Positions 47,014-56,742 of a DNA stretch of 64,000 nucleotides are shown piece after piece. Location: assembly GCA_963733715.1 (NCBI GenBank), contig CAVTEN010000021.1, positions 166,970-230,969 on the forward strand, read 5' to 3'. How positions within the stretch are numbered: the stretch's first letter is position 1; the number at the start of each line of letters is the position of its first letter. The DNA is from an uncultured delta proteobacterium (GTDB lineage: Bacteria; Desulfobacterota; Binatia; Binatales; Binataceae). The translations under genes were made by a program, and so were the position numbers. Below the pieces are notes generated by a model. That model was not told where the DNA came from. It made no database searches and saw only the letters and a list, made by a program, of their open reading frames with translations.

Positions 47014-48948
47014 TTACGGTCCGCCTCCCGACGCTGCTGCCGATGGCGTCACCGTTACCGGGACCGTCAGGGGCAGCCCGATCGTACGCGAAGTCTGGCT
47101 CCCGACTTCAGTCGCAAGCGAAATCTCGAGCTCGTAGTGGCCGGCTGCGTCTGGCGCAACCGCCGACGCATCGAGATCCATCGAGTCTCCCGGAAAGACA
47201 TCCAGGTGAAGTTCGCGCCGCTCTTCACTGTCTCCGACTACCTTCCCATCACTCTTCCATTCCCAACCCAGACTGACCATTCCGCGTTCATCCGCTGAAC
47301 GCCCCCCGAGCCACACGGCCTTGCCGGTATTGGTGGCGCGGATGGAAATATGGACGCGCGCTCCCGGCGCTGTATCCTGCGCAGGCGGATTTAGCACGTC
47401 CAGGCGGGCATCGAGCAGGTCCGGTGAAACTCTGCTGTTCGGACGATGACCCATCGCGATCCTCATCGAGTCGAGAGCCGATCGGAACGGGTCAATTACC
47501 GGATTGTCGCCCCACAACCACAGTCGCTTGTTCGCATCGCTGACCGCCCATTGATTCCATCCTCGATAGCTGATGAACGCGCCGGACGCGTTGGCGGTTA
47601 TCGACCACGCGCAGAGCATCGCGAACGCAACCGCAAGCGCGCGGCGATTGCGGATTGAATCTGCGAGCGGAAACAGCGCGAACGCCAATATCGGCGTCAG
47701 ATCCGCAAGCAGGCGCGGGCCGAAAGACTCGCCGGCGGAGGGCTTATGCCATTTGGCGACCAACAGTATTGTCAAAATCGCGCCGACTCCCAGGTAGCGC
47801 AAAAGCAAGTCCCCATTTTTTCGCCACGCGAGCGCCAATCCGGCCAATGATAAAATGAAAATCGGCGAATAAAAGAGCAGCCCGCGGCCGGGACTCAGCA
47901 CCTCTGTGGCTAATCCCTGCCTGAGCGGAGTCGCCCAGAATCCAGCGGACGGCACGCGCTGGCCGCCCAACGAAGAGGGTTGTGCGAAAAATTGGATTCG
48001 CAACGGCGAGCCGAAGTAAGTCGCGTTGTACCAGAGTTGAAAAATTAGCAGCGGGATAGCAGCCGTGATGAACGTCCAGATCTCGCGGCGGTAGTAGACC
48101 AGGACGTAAAGGCCGAGCGGCGCCGCGATCAACGCATCAGCCGGCCGCGTAATCACCTCGAACGCAAGCGGCAGTCCCGCGTATCCTGCCCAGCGTGGAT
48201 CGTCGCGCGCGCGTACCAGGCAATAGATGGCGGCTGCCAGTGCGAGCTGCGCGGGGCCATGCTGCCATAGCGCCTGGCTGCTTACGCTGAGACTGGTGGT
48301 GCCGAACGCATACACGAAGGTCAGGAGCATCGCCATCCAGTTGGCGGCGACGCGCGCGGCAGCCAGATAGAGCAGCACTGCGGACAAAGCGACGATCGTC
48401 GCCGCCGAGACTTTTTCCAGCTCCGAGAAAACCCGGCTGCTGGGACTGACGCCGCAAACGACCGACGGCACATAGAACGGCAACGCCATCAGCGCGGCGC
48501 CGACCGGAAAGTCGGACACGTAATGCCCGCCGCTCTCCAGCAAATAGTAGGGAATCTTTTTCTGGCCGGGAGTGATCAGTTGATCGAGATAGAAGTTCCC
48601 GTGCAGCAGGATACTCAGCGGCAGATTTTTCGCGGGCACCGAGTCGCCGCCGGGGATAGTGCGGCCATTGGCGAGAAACACGATCAGGGTTACCGAGAAA
48701 ACGATAAATCCCGGATTCGACCTCAGCGCGCCTTCGATCGAGCCGCTTCGAAAGACCACTCGCAGCAGCGCGAATCCGAGCATCGCGACGATCGCGGGCC
48801 ATAGCTTGATAGCATCGAACTTCAAGCCGGCCAAATTTACCCCGTAGCCGCCCGTCACGAGGATCGAGAGCAGGTAAATCGCGGCAATCGCGAAGGCCGT
48901 AGTCGCAAGCGTTTGAAGAAGCCGAAAGTTCACGAGGGTCGGATGCAC
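47014..48948 (-). CDS. GT-C-like polytopic membrane glycosyltransferase candidate (ArnT/PMT-like) with C-terminal extracytoplasmic beta-sandwich domain
   Basis: 644-aa ORF with more than 10 TM segments, then a soluble C-terminus (VHISIRATNTGKAVW...GHYELEISL). Confidence 0.55.
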   Translation of the reverse strand: MHPTLVNFRLLQTLATTAFAIAAIYLLSILVTGGYGVNLAGLKFDAIKLWPAIVAMLGFALLRVVFRSGSIEGALRSNPGFIVFSVTLIVFLANGRTIPGGDSVPAKNLPLSILLHGNFYLDQLITPGQKKIPYYLLESGGHYVSDFPVGAALMALPFYVPSVVCGVSPSSRVFSELEKVSAATIVALSAVLLYLAAARVAANWMAMLLTFVYAFGTTSLSVSSQALWQHGPAQLALAAAIYCLVRARDDPRWAGYAGLPLAFEVITRPADALIAAPLGLYVLVYYRREIWTFITAAIPLLIFQLWYNATYFGSPLRIQFFAQPSSLGGQRVPSAGFWATPLRQGLATEVLSPGRGLLFYSPIFILSLAGLALAWRKNGDLLLRYLGVGAILTILLVAKWHKPSAGESFGPRLLADLTPILAFALFPLADSIRNRRALAVAFAMLCAWSITANASGAFISYRGWNQWAVSDANKRLWLWGDNPVIDPFRSALDSMRIAMGHRPNSRVSPDLLDARLDVLNPPAQDTAPGARVHISIRATNTGKAVWLGGRSADERGMVSLGWEWKSDGKVVGDSEERRELHLDVFPGDSMDLDASAVAPDAAGHYELEISLATEVGSQTSRTIGLPLTVPVTVTPSAAASGGGP

Positions 48949-49262
48949 ACCGGTATATCACGCGCATCGCGAGCGCTTAAGATGACTGACTCGGAATTCC
49001 TCTTGAAAAAACGAAATGGTGAATGCGGAAGCTGATTGCCGGTGAGCGCCGCCGACTGTGCCGGTTGTCGCCGGATTTATGGGCTGAGCACTGTCGTCTT
49101 CAGGAGAGCGAGTCCGACGTGGACATTAGTTCTCAGGCGACTTCGGAACTTGTAGGAATTCCAAACTTTGGCTGCCGGCGCTTGGCCGGGCGATTAAGCC
49201 AATTGACAGCCAGTAACGGCTGGAAAAAGATCTAATCGAGCGAACGAAGCTTGGAGATCACG

Positions 49263-49652
49263 ATGAGCCTGATTATCGGATTGGATCACGTAAACCTTCT
49301 CATCGACGCCGACGACGACGCGCTCCCGAGAGCGCGCGCATTTTACGAAGGATTGCTCGGCCTCGAACCGCTGGAGCGTCCAGCCAACACCGATAGCGGC
49401 AACCCCGGCGCATGGTACCAATGCGGCGTACAGCAACTTCATCTGACCACCGAGAAGGACGCGTCGTCGGTCAATAAGAAATCGCGTCGCCATCCGGCGT
49501 TCCGCGTCGCCGATCTCGAAGCCCTCCGCAAGAAACTGGAATCCGCCGGCATAGAAATAATCGCGGGCAACCGATTCCCCGGCCAGGAGCGCTTCTTCGT
49601 CCGCGATCCATGGGGCAACCGCCTCGAATTCGTCGAAAGAACTGACCGCTAG
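49263..49652 (+). CDS. VOC/glyoxalase-family protein
   Basis: GLDHVNLLIDADD...FYEGLLGLEP and RHPAFRVADLEAL. The ATG at 49263 has GGAG 6 nt upstream. Confidence 0.65.
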   Translation: MSLIIGLDHVNLLIDADDDALPRARAFYEGLLGLEPLERPANTDSGNPGAWYQCGVQQLHLTTEKDASSVNKKSRRHPAFRVADLEALRKKLESAGIEIIAGNRFPGQERFFVRDPWGNRLEFVERTDR

Positions 49653-49653
49653 A

Positions 49654-50256
49654 TCAGTAGGCGCCGAGACCCGGCGATTCCATCCCGCCCGGCGACGATT
49701 GCGGCACCGGAGTAGCCTCGCCGAGCGGGGTGTTCTGCGGCGCCGGTGTTCCGACCGGCGCACCGAAGGGAGCCAGCGCCTCGTGCCCGTATTTCATCCC
49801 GGCGATCGCACGTCCTGAAACGATGTTCGCGGTCGCAGGCGCGGGGCTATCGACGATCGTGTCCGCCACGCTTTCATGCTCGAACGGCCGGCGTACGTCC
49901 AGCGGCGCCGGTTCGACGACATGACCGAGATTGATATCTTCGTTATCGACGCGAATTCCGCTGGCGAGAACCACGCCGCGCTCGGCGCGAAGATCGTAAA
50001 ATCCCGGCGGCAGGTCCGCCGTGAACGATCCATCGGGCTTGGTCGGCGCGACAAAGATGTCGCTGGTTACGCGATTTTCATAATGAAGCTGGCGTCGCTC
50101 GGCCGGCTTGCCGTCGCGATACGACATCAGTCCGCTCACGTTCGCAGCGCCCGCAATCCGGGTCCACGATGCCAGACCCGCTGTGACTGCGACCGATAGA
50201 GCAACCGCCGCGAAACCAAAACGGCGTCCCGACCTGTTATTGGAAATGTTCTTCAC
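49654..50256 (-). CDS. Secreted protein with carboxypeptidase-regulatory-like beta-sandwich
   Basis: This is the 3' part of track ORF 49654..50751. The GTG at 50256 gives a signal-like N-terminus (RRFGFAAVALSVAVTAGLASW). DGSFTADLPPGFYDLRAE is CarboxypepD_reg-like. Confidence 0.45.
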   Translation of the reverse strand: MKNISNNRSGRRFGFAAVALSVAVTAGLASWTRIAGAANVSGLMSYRDGKPAERRQLHYENRVTSDIFVAPTKPDGSFTADLPPGFYDLRAERGVVLASGIRVDNEDINLGHVVEPAPLDVRRPFEHESVADTIVDSPAPATANIVSGRAIAGMKYGHEALAPFGAPVGTPAPQNTPLGEATPVPQSSPGGMESPGLGAY

Positions 50257-50367
50257 GACGACTCCATGGCAAATAGTTTCGCGCCGGCTGAAATTGTAGC
50301 CGCTCAGGGCATTTCCATCAAAGCCCGAGTATCGCTTATGCTCTCCGAGAATCCAGACGAGGACGCA

Positions 50368-50718
50368 ATGGAACGGATAACCCTTTTTCACAATCCTGGC
50401 TGAGGCAACTCGAAAGGCGCGCTCGAGATACTTCGGGCGCGCGGTGTCGAGTTCGACACCATCGAATATCTGAAAGATCATCCGACGCGCGAGCGCCTCG
50501 AGAAAATCATCGAGATGCTCGACGTTCCCGTCGCCGACCTGGTCCGCAAGGACAAGCGCTTCAAGGAGCTCGGCCTGAATCCCGCCGACTACACCGACAA
50601 GAAGACGGTCGTCGCGCTCCTGCTGAAATATCCCGAACTGATGCAGCGCCCAATCGTAATTCGCGGCAAGCGCGCAATCATCGCGCGTCCCCCAGAAAAA
50701 CTCGAAGCGTTGTTGTGA
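50368..50718 (+). CDS. arsC: ArsC-family (glutaredoxin-coupled type) arsenate reductase with in-frame TGA at the catalytic Cys position (candidate selenoprotein)
   Basis: The ATG at 50368 gives MERITLFHNPG-TGA(50401..50403)-GNSKGALEILRARG, in the same frame as track ORF 50515..50718. It aligns with E. coli R773 ArsC ITIYHNPAC12GTSRNTLEMIRNSG and downstream RPIV. Confidence 0.6.
50417..50442 (+). promoter_or_regulatory. SECIS-like hairpin 13 nt downstream of the in-frame TGA
   Basis: gcgcgctcgag / ataC loop / cttcgggcgcgc forms an 11-bp stem (two G-U pairs) with apical loop AUAC, or GAUACU if the closing G-U opens. Confidence 0.35.
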
Positions 50719-50746
50719 AACCTCTCCGAAGGGAGAGGTTTTTCTT
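50719..50746 (+). terminator. Rho-independent terminator after arsC-like gene
   Basis: aacctctcc-gaag-ggagaggtt (9-bp stem) followed by tttttctt. Confidence 0.7.
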
Positions 50747-50748
50747 AA

Positions 50749-50809
50749 CACTGGGTGCAGGGGTCACCCCTGCCGAAGGAAGTGTGAAACCCACCGCGGG
50801 TTTCACATT
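50749..50809. repeat. 61-bp double-hairpin intergenic repeat, copy A
   Basis: cactgggtgcaggggtcacccctgccgaaggaagtgtgaaacccaccgcgggtttcacatt contains hairpins gcagggg-tca-cccctgc and tgtgaaaccc-accgc-gggtttcaca. Confidence 0.85.
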
Positions 50810-50822
50810 AAATCAAGTGCAT

Positions 50823-51011
50823 TCAGGCGCTCTTCTTGACCTTGCCCGAGCGGATACATCGCGTGCAGACCAGGATTCGCCGCACGTTGCCGTTAATCTC
50901 GGCGCGCACTTCCTGCAGGTTGGGATTCCACCGCCGCTTGGTCTTGTTGTTGGCGTGACTGACGTTGTTGCCGACTGACGGCTGCTTCTTGCAGTATGCG
51001 CAATGTCTCAT
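50823..51011 (-). CDS. rpmB: 50S ribosomal protein L28
   Basis: [33 protein letters not shown]..., typical L28. Confidence 0.9.
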   Translation of the reverse strand: MRHCAYCKKQPSVGNNVSHANNKTKRRWNPNLQEVRAEINGNVRRILVCTRCIRSGKVKKSA

Positions 51012-51056
51012 GAGTCTTCCGTTCGATCCTTGAAAATCCTGATAGAAACGATCCTG

Positions 51057-52292
51057 CTAGGGTAGCCCGACCTGCGGCCGCTTGAAAGAGGGTGAATACT
51101 TCGCCTTTAGCAGCGCCTCGCCGACCGCTTCGCTTTCGAGCACCGCGCCTGCGTCGCATCCGCACTTGAGACTCATCAGCCATGCGCTCCGCCCGAGCGC
51201 GACCGCGTAGCTGTCGAGCTGTTCCTTGAGGCCCTTGGGCGCGTCCTTGTCCTGAATCGTGAGGTCCTTGGCGGCGACGATCACCTCGTTGGGGGTCGAG
51301 CCGGTTTGCTCGGCGAAGAGTTGCTTGATCATCGCAACGAATGCCTGATGGTCGAGCGCGGGCACGTCGCTCCGGATGACGCCGTCGTAGATCGAATCGG
51401 CGGGACTATTGGGCATCCCGGACAGTACCTGCCGAATCGAATCGGCGCGCGAGGGCTCGGCCGACGGCGCCTTCTCGTAGTCGGCCAGGATGACGCGCGC
51501 CTCGCCCGCGTTGCCGCCCGCCATCGCGCCGAGCGTCCGTCCCAGCAGCGCATTCGCAGCGCTGCGACGCAGCTGGCCCTGCGCGGCCGCGATCATCCGC
51601 TGCACGTCGGGATTGTTGACTCCCGCCGATTTGAACACTGCCATCGCATCCTCGCCGTCGCCCCGATCGAGCAAAGCTTTCGCCGTGTCGAGCGGATTGA
51701 GCGGGGTGGTGTCGCGAATCGACGCCGTCGCGAGATACAGCTTGGTCGCCGCGACCAGTTTGGCCTCGACCCGCGTCTGCACCGCCTCGAACGCCTGCCA
51801 TTGATCGCTCGAGATAAGTTTCTTGCCGGTCGCGCGCTCGGCAAACGCCTGCGCCGGCAACGCCAGGAATGCGGACAGGCCGCCCACCACCGTCTCGCTG
51901 TCGGTGAAGGTGAAGCGATGGCGGTCCTCGGCCAGGGTCGAGAGATTCAGCGTCCAGATTTCGTAAGCGCCGGTAAATTTCGCCTCGTTCGAATCGCGCT
52001 GCGATTGAAACGACTCGGTCGGCAGGCTCACGACCATCACCGCGTCGAGCCGATCCTCCGGGTCGCCAGCGACGAATCGCTTGACGCACGCATCGACGCC
52101 CCCCGGCGGCTGAATCGGCACCGCCTTCACGTTCGGCAGCTTGCCGACGATTTGGTCGATATCGGCCTCGGTCTGCGGCGAGATCGGTCCAATCACGCCG
52201 ACTCCAATCTTGATCTGGTCGGCATACGCGCCCGCCGCAGCCGCAACCACCAGGATTGCCGCGCCGAGCAGCATTATCGTAATTTTTCTCAT
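51057..52292 (-). CDS. Secreted hypothetical protein
   Basis: Track ORF 51057..52382. The internal ATG at 52292 gives the signal peptide MRKITIMLLGAAILVVAAAAGAYA. No family recognised. Confidence 0.5.
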   Translation of the reverse strand: MRKITIMLLGAAILVVAAAAGAYADQIKIGVGVIGPISPQTEADIDQIVGKLPNVKAVPIQPPGGVDACVKRFVAGDPEDRLDAVMVVSLPTESFQSQRDSNEAKFTGAYEIWTLNLSTLAEDRHRFTFTDSETVVGGLSAFLALPAQAFAERATGKKLISSDQWQAFEAVQTRVEAKLVAATKLYLATASIRDTTPLNPLDTAKALLDRGDGEDAMAVFKSAGVNNPDVQRMIAAAQGQLRRSAANALLGRTLGAMAGGNAGEARVILADYEKAPSAEPSRADSIRQVLSGMPNSPADSIYDGVIRSDVPALDHQAFVAMIKQLFAEQTGSTPNEVIVAAKDLTIQDKDAPKGLKEQLDSYAVALGRSAWLMSLKCGCDAGAVLESEAVGEALLKAKYSPSFKRPQVGLP

Positions 52293-52457
52293 CGTTTGAG
52301 TGATGCAGCTGAAACCCTGAAAGGGAATTCGCCGCGCCGAGAGCTTTTCAAAACCCGCCGCGATCTTCAACCCGCGCAACAACTATCCCCCGATTTTTGA
52401 CGCCATGGCGGCGAGTTGCATGAGTATCCAGTCCGAAAGCTACAATGTCTAGTCGTT

Positions 52458-54273
52458 ATGTCCGACCACATCGTCCACATCCTGCCCGAACAAGTCGCCA
52501 GCCAGATTGCGGCCGGCGAAGTCGTCGAGCGTCCGGCGTCTGCCGTCAAGGAGCTGGTCGAGAACTCGCTCGATGCGGGCGCGCGCTCGGTGAGCGTCGA
52601 GATTCTGGGCGGCGGATCGGCGCTGATCGCGGTCGCCGACGACGGCGCCGGCATGACGCGCGCCGACGCGATCCTTTCGCTCCGCCGTCATGCGACCTCG
52701 AAGATTCGCAGCGCCGCCGACCTGACCGCGATTCGTACGCTCGGATTTCGCGGCGAGGCGCTCGCCTCGATCGCCAGCGTATCGCATCTGCGGATGCAGA
52801 CCCGCCGCGCCGCCGATGAACACGGCGTCGAGGTCGCAGCCGAAGCCGGCAATATAGAGGATACCCGCACCTGCGCGATCGCGGCGGGCACGCGAATCGA
52901 AGTTCGCGAACTTTTCTTCAACACTCCGGCGCGCCTCAAGTTCCTGAAGACGCTCGCGACCGAGCAGGGCGCGATAGCAGAATCTTTCCAGCGCGTCGCG
53001 CTCGCCAATCATCATATAGCGTTCCGTCTGTCCGCCGACGGCCGCGTCGTCTTCGATTTGCCGCGCGCCAACTCGGTGCTCGAACGATTCCGGCAAGTGT
53101 TCGGTCCGAAGATCTCTGGCAAAATGCTGGCGTTCGATCTCGATCGTCCCGGAATTCGCGCGCAAGGACTGGCCGCGTCCAGCCAGGAATCGTTCGCCAC
53201 TGGCAGGATGATTTTCACGTTCGTCAACGGCCGCTCGGTTCGCGATCGAATGCTGATTCGTGCAATCGAGCAGGCCTATCAGACGCTGATTCCGCGCGGA
53301 CGTCATCCGGCGACGATGCTGTTCGTCGACATCCGCCCCGAAGATGTCGACGTCAACGTGCATCCGATGAAAACCGAAGTGCGATTTCGCAACGGCGGCG
53401 CGGTTTTCGACGTCGTCTATCACGCCGTTCGCGACCGGCTGGCGGACCAGACCGAAAATGCGCCGGCGCCGGCGTCATCCATCGACGACGCCGCGATGGG
53501 ACTGATCACAATGTCGTCGACGAGCGAGAACTCTCGCGTCGGAGACCCGGCTCCGCGCAGCGACGCTCCTCTGCGGCTGGTCCCCGATGCGCCCAGTCCG
53601 GTCGCGTATCAGCGCCCTCTAACCCTCGCTTACGATCGCGACGCGCGCCCCGGCCGCAAGTCTCGCCTCGCCGATACCCACGGCGCCAATTCCGATGTAC
53701 TCGAAGCTCCGCGTGATCGGACAAATCTTCGCCGGATATATCGCGCTCGAGACCGAGGAAGGGTTGCTTCTGATCGATCAGCACGCGGCGCACGAGCGCG
53801 TCACGTTCGAGAAGCTGCGCCGCGAGCTGCGCGACGGCGGAATTCGCACGCAGGCGATGCTCGCGCCGGTGTCGGTCGAGCTAAACCCCGCTCGCGCTCG
53901 CAAGTGCATGCCGCGATCGGCTGAACTGCGCGCGATGGGCTTCGACCTCGAGCCGTTCGGGCCGACTACACTGTTGCTTAAAGGTGCGCCTGCCGTGTTC
54001 GGCCCCGAAGGCGGCGCGAAGCTTCTCGGCGACATGATCGAGAGCATGGGCGATGCGGGCTTTCGTGGCGGCGGCGAGGCCGCGTTCGAGAACTGGCTCA
54101 AGCAGCTCGCGTGTCACGGCTCGGTTCGCGTCGGGCGCGTGCTCGAGCCGGCGGAAATCCATTCGCTGCTGGCAGAACTCGATCGCACCGAATTCAAGAC
54201 CAACTGCCCGCACGGACGCCCGGTGCATATTCAGTTCGCGCGCGGTCAAATCGAGCGAATGTTTCGGCGATGA
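52458..54273 (+). CDS. mutL: DNA mismatch repair protein MutL; frame broken in the linker near 53600-53690
   Basis: ILPEQVASQIAAGEVVERPASAVKELVENSLDAGA is in ORF 52416..53924. The C-terminal dimerisation domain (VIGQIFAGYIALETEEGLLLIDQHAAHERV) is in ORF 53695..54273. Confidence 0.9.
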
Positions 54274-55238
54274 GTAGTTTGCCGACAGCGGAAATCGCGG
54301 AGCGAGCGCGTCCGGCGCGGATACCGGTCGGCTTTGTTGTCGGGCCGACCGGAGCGGGCAAATCCGCGCTCGCATTGGAAGTGGCGGAGCGCGCGAACTG
54401 CGAGATCGTCAACGCCGACTCGCGCCAGTTTTATCGCGGGATGGATCTCGGCACGGCGAAACCGTCGGCGGAAGATCGCCAGCGCGTGCCGCATCATCTT
54501 ATAGACGTGCGCGATCCCGACGAGTCGCTCGACGTGGCGGAGTTCGCGCAGCTTGCGCGCGCGAGCTATCGACGATATCGCGGCGCGCGGGCGAAATCCG
54601 CTGATAGTTGGCGGGAGCGGGCTTTATTTGCGCGTGATCCGCGGCGGAATCTTCAGCGGCCCGGCCGCGTCGGCGGAAATTCGCGACCGATTGGCGAAAG
54701 TCGCGGCGCAGCTGGGCGTCGCCATCTGCATCAGAAGCTGCGCGAGATCGATCCCGAGGCGGCGAATCGAATCGGCGTCAACGACCTGTACCGAATCGTG
54801 CGGGCGCTCGAAGTCTTCGAGCTGACCGGCGAAACCATTTCGGCGCATCAGCGGCGGCATCGCTTCGCCGACATCGGCTACGACATTTTGACGGTCGGTG
54901 TCGAAGTCGAACGCAAAAAACTCTACGACGCGATCGACACGCGCTTCGATGCGATGGTCGCGGCCGGCCTCGTCGAGGAAGTGCACGCGCTGGTCGAGGC
55001 GGGATACTCGCCAGGGAAGCCTCCCCTCAGTACGATTGGATACAAGCAGATCGCGGCGTATCTGCACGGCGAGATGACGCTGGCCGACGCGATCGCCCTC
55101 GCCAAGCAGGAATCGCGGCGGCTGGCCAAGCGGCAACTCACATGGTTTCGCCGCGAGCCGGAGATCGTATGGCTTGACCCGGAGCGCGGCGCTCAGGATG
55201 CTCTTGCGTTGTTCGAGAAATTTTTCAGGCGTAGATAA
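54270..55238 (+). CDS. miaA: tRNA dimethylallyltransferase MiaA; two compensating frame errors (~54555 and ~54725)
   Basis: [12 protein letters not shown] and [17 protein letters not shown]. The expected segment [30 protein letters not shown] lies in the alternative frame (ORF 54553..54825), while the main frame stays open with non-homologous sequence. Confidence 0.85.
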   Translation: MSSLPTAEIAERARPARIPVGFVVGPTGAGKSALALEVAERANCEIVNADSRQFYRGMDLGTAKPSAEDRQRVPHHLIDVRDPDESLDVAEFAQLARASYRRYRGARAKSADSWRERALFARDPRRNLQRPGRVGGNSRPIGESRGAAGRRHLHQKLREIDPEAANRIGVNDLYRIVRALEVFELTGETISAHQRRHRFADIGYDILTVGVEVERKKLYDAIDTRFDAMVAAGLVEEVHALVEAGYSPGKPPLSTIGYKQIAAYLHGEMTLADAIALAKQESRRLAKRQLTWFRREPEIVWLDPERGAQDALALFEKFFRRR

Positions 55239-55240
55239 AA

Positions 55241-56165
55241 ATGAAAGGCAATCACAACGGACATAAGGCGCGCGGCGGCAAGAATCGCGGCAATGGAATC
55301 GCGACGACCGAGGCGCAGGGGTCGGACCCGCGCAGCGCAATCGAGCGCGTGCGCCTCGCGCGGCATCCAAATCGCCCGCAGACGCTCGACTACATCGAGT
55401 TGCTGATGCGCGACTTTATCGAGATACACGGCGACCGGCACTTTGCCGACGACGGCGCGATCGTAGCGGGCCTCGCCTATTTCGGCCATCGCGCGGTCGC
55501 AGTGGTCGGGCATCAGCGGGGCCGCTCGACCAGCCGAACGAATCAAGCGCAACTTTGGCAAGCCGCATCCCGAGGGCTATCGCAAGGCGACGCGACTTTA
55601 TGAACTGGCGGAGCGGTTCGGCCTGCCTATTATCACGCTGATCGACACGCAGGGCGCAGAGTCCGGCGTCGGCGCCGAGGAGCGCGGGCAAATAGAGGCG
55701 ATCGCGCGCAACCTCGAGCTGATGGCGCGGCTCACCGTACCAATCGTCACTTGCGTGATAGGCGAGGGCGGCTCCGGCGGCGCGATCGCGCTCGGCGTCG
55801 CGAATATAGTCCTGATGCAGGAAAACGCGTGTTACTCGGTGATCACGCCGGAAGGATGCGCCGCGATCTTGTGGCGCGCGGGCGGCGAAGAGAACGTTGC
55901 AGCGGCGGCGTCGGCGCTGAAGTTGTCGGCACCCGATTTGCTCGAGCTCGGATTGATCGACGAGATCGTCCCCGAGCCCGCCGGCGGAGCGCATACTGCC
56001 CCCGCCGAAGCGGCTCATCTGATCGGCGCGGCGCTCGCGCGGCACTTAGAGCGCCTGGTCAAGCTTAAGCCGCAGGAGTTGCGCCGCGCCCGCGAACGAA
56101 AGTTCGCCGCGATGGGCTCGGCGTACCTGACACGCGGCCGCGTCGAGAACGATCCACTTAATTGA
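55241..56165 (+). CDS. accA: Acetyl-CoA carboxylase carboxyltransferase alpha subunit; frame broken near 55525
   Basis: [13 protein letters not shown] and GHQRGR are in ORF 55241..55603. [18 protein letters not shown]...[14 protein letters not shown] is in the frame of ORF 55722..56165. Confidence 0.85.
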
Positions 56166-56225
56166 ATGTGAAACCCGCGATGGGTTTCACACTTCCTTCG
56201 GCAGGGGTGACCCCTGCACCCAGTG
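56165..56225. repeat. 61-bp double-hairpin intergenic repeat, copy B (inverted)
   Basis: The reverse complement is identical to copy A at 60 of 61 positions; the single mismatch is in the second hairpin loop. It starts at the accA stop codon. Confidence 0.85.
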
Positions 56226-56296
56226 ATAACAGTGATCGTAACCTTTTCGCAGCGCCCTGGTTTATCTATTAAGAGCGATCGCAGGAGGTCTTTTCG

Positions 56297-56722
56297 ATGG
56301 ACACGCAGAGCACGCACGCTAGAATTATTCCAGGTATGCGGTATCGCAACGCGCCGGCGGCAATCGAATGGCTGTGCAAGGCCTTCGGCTTCGAGAAGCA
56401 TCTCGTGGTGCCCGATCAGAGCGGCGGCATCGCTCATGCCCAACTCACGTTTGGTGACGGAATGATCATGCTGGGGTCGGTCGGTGGCGGAATGTTCGGC
56501 CGCTTGATGAAGCATCCCGATGAAATCGGAGGCTGCGAGACGCAGAGCGCATACGTGATCGTCCCCGATTGCGACGCGCATTACGCTCGCGCCAAAGCTG
56601 CCGGTGCCGTGGTGCTGCGAGATGTCCAGGATGAGGACTACGGCGGCCGTGGGTACACATGCCGCGATTTAGAGGGTCACATCTGGAGTTTCGGCAGCTA
56701 CGATCCTTGGACGCATTCCTGA
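56297..56722 (+). CDS. VOC/glyoxalase-family protein (PhnB-like)
   Basis: IIPGMRYRNAPAAIEWLCKAFGFE and DYGGRGYTCRDLEGHIWSFGSYDPW. Confidence 0.7.
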   Translation: MDTQSTHARIIPGMRYRNAPAAIEWLCKAFGFEKHLVVPDQSGGIAHAQLTFGDGMIMLGSVGGGMFGRLMKHPDEIGGCETQSAYVIVPDCDAHYARAKAAGAVVLRDVQDEDYGGRGYTCRDLEGHIWSFGSYDPWTHS

Positions 56723-56742
56723 GTCGATCTCGATAAGAAAGT

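Noticed and set aside
49654-50751. 365-aa ORF on the - strand spanning the arsC-like region
   Set aside because: Only the 3' ~200 codons (signal-like N-terminus from GTG 50256, CarboxypepD_reg-like domain) look like a protein. The upstream part is antisense to the ArsC-family gene, which has strong homology on the + strand.
55241-55360. AccA N-terminus is ~25 aa shorter than E. coli AccA and lacks the LDFEKPI-type helix
   Set aside because: The other two frames upstream show no better match. N-terminal length varies among AccA proteins, and frame errors are common here. The evidence is insufficient for a claim.
50749-56225. Inverted 61-bp repeats as termini of a mobile element or composite transposon
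   Set aside because: The interior consists of core genes (rpmB, mutL, miaA, accA) with no transposase or integrase and no obvious target-site duplication. A REP-like terminator element is the better explanation.
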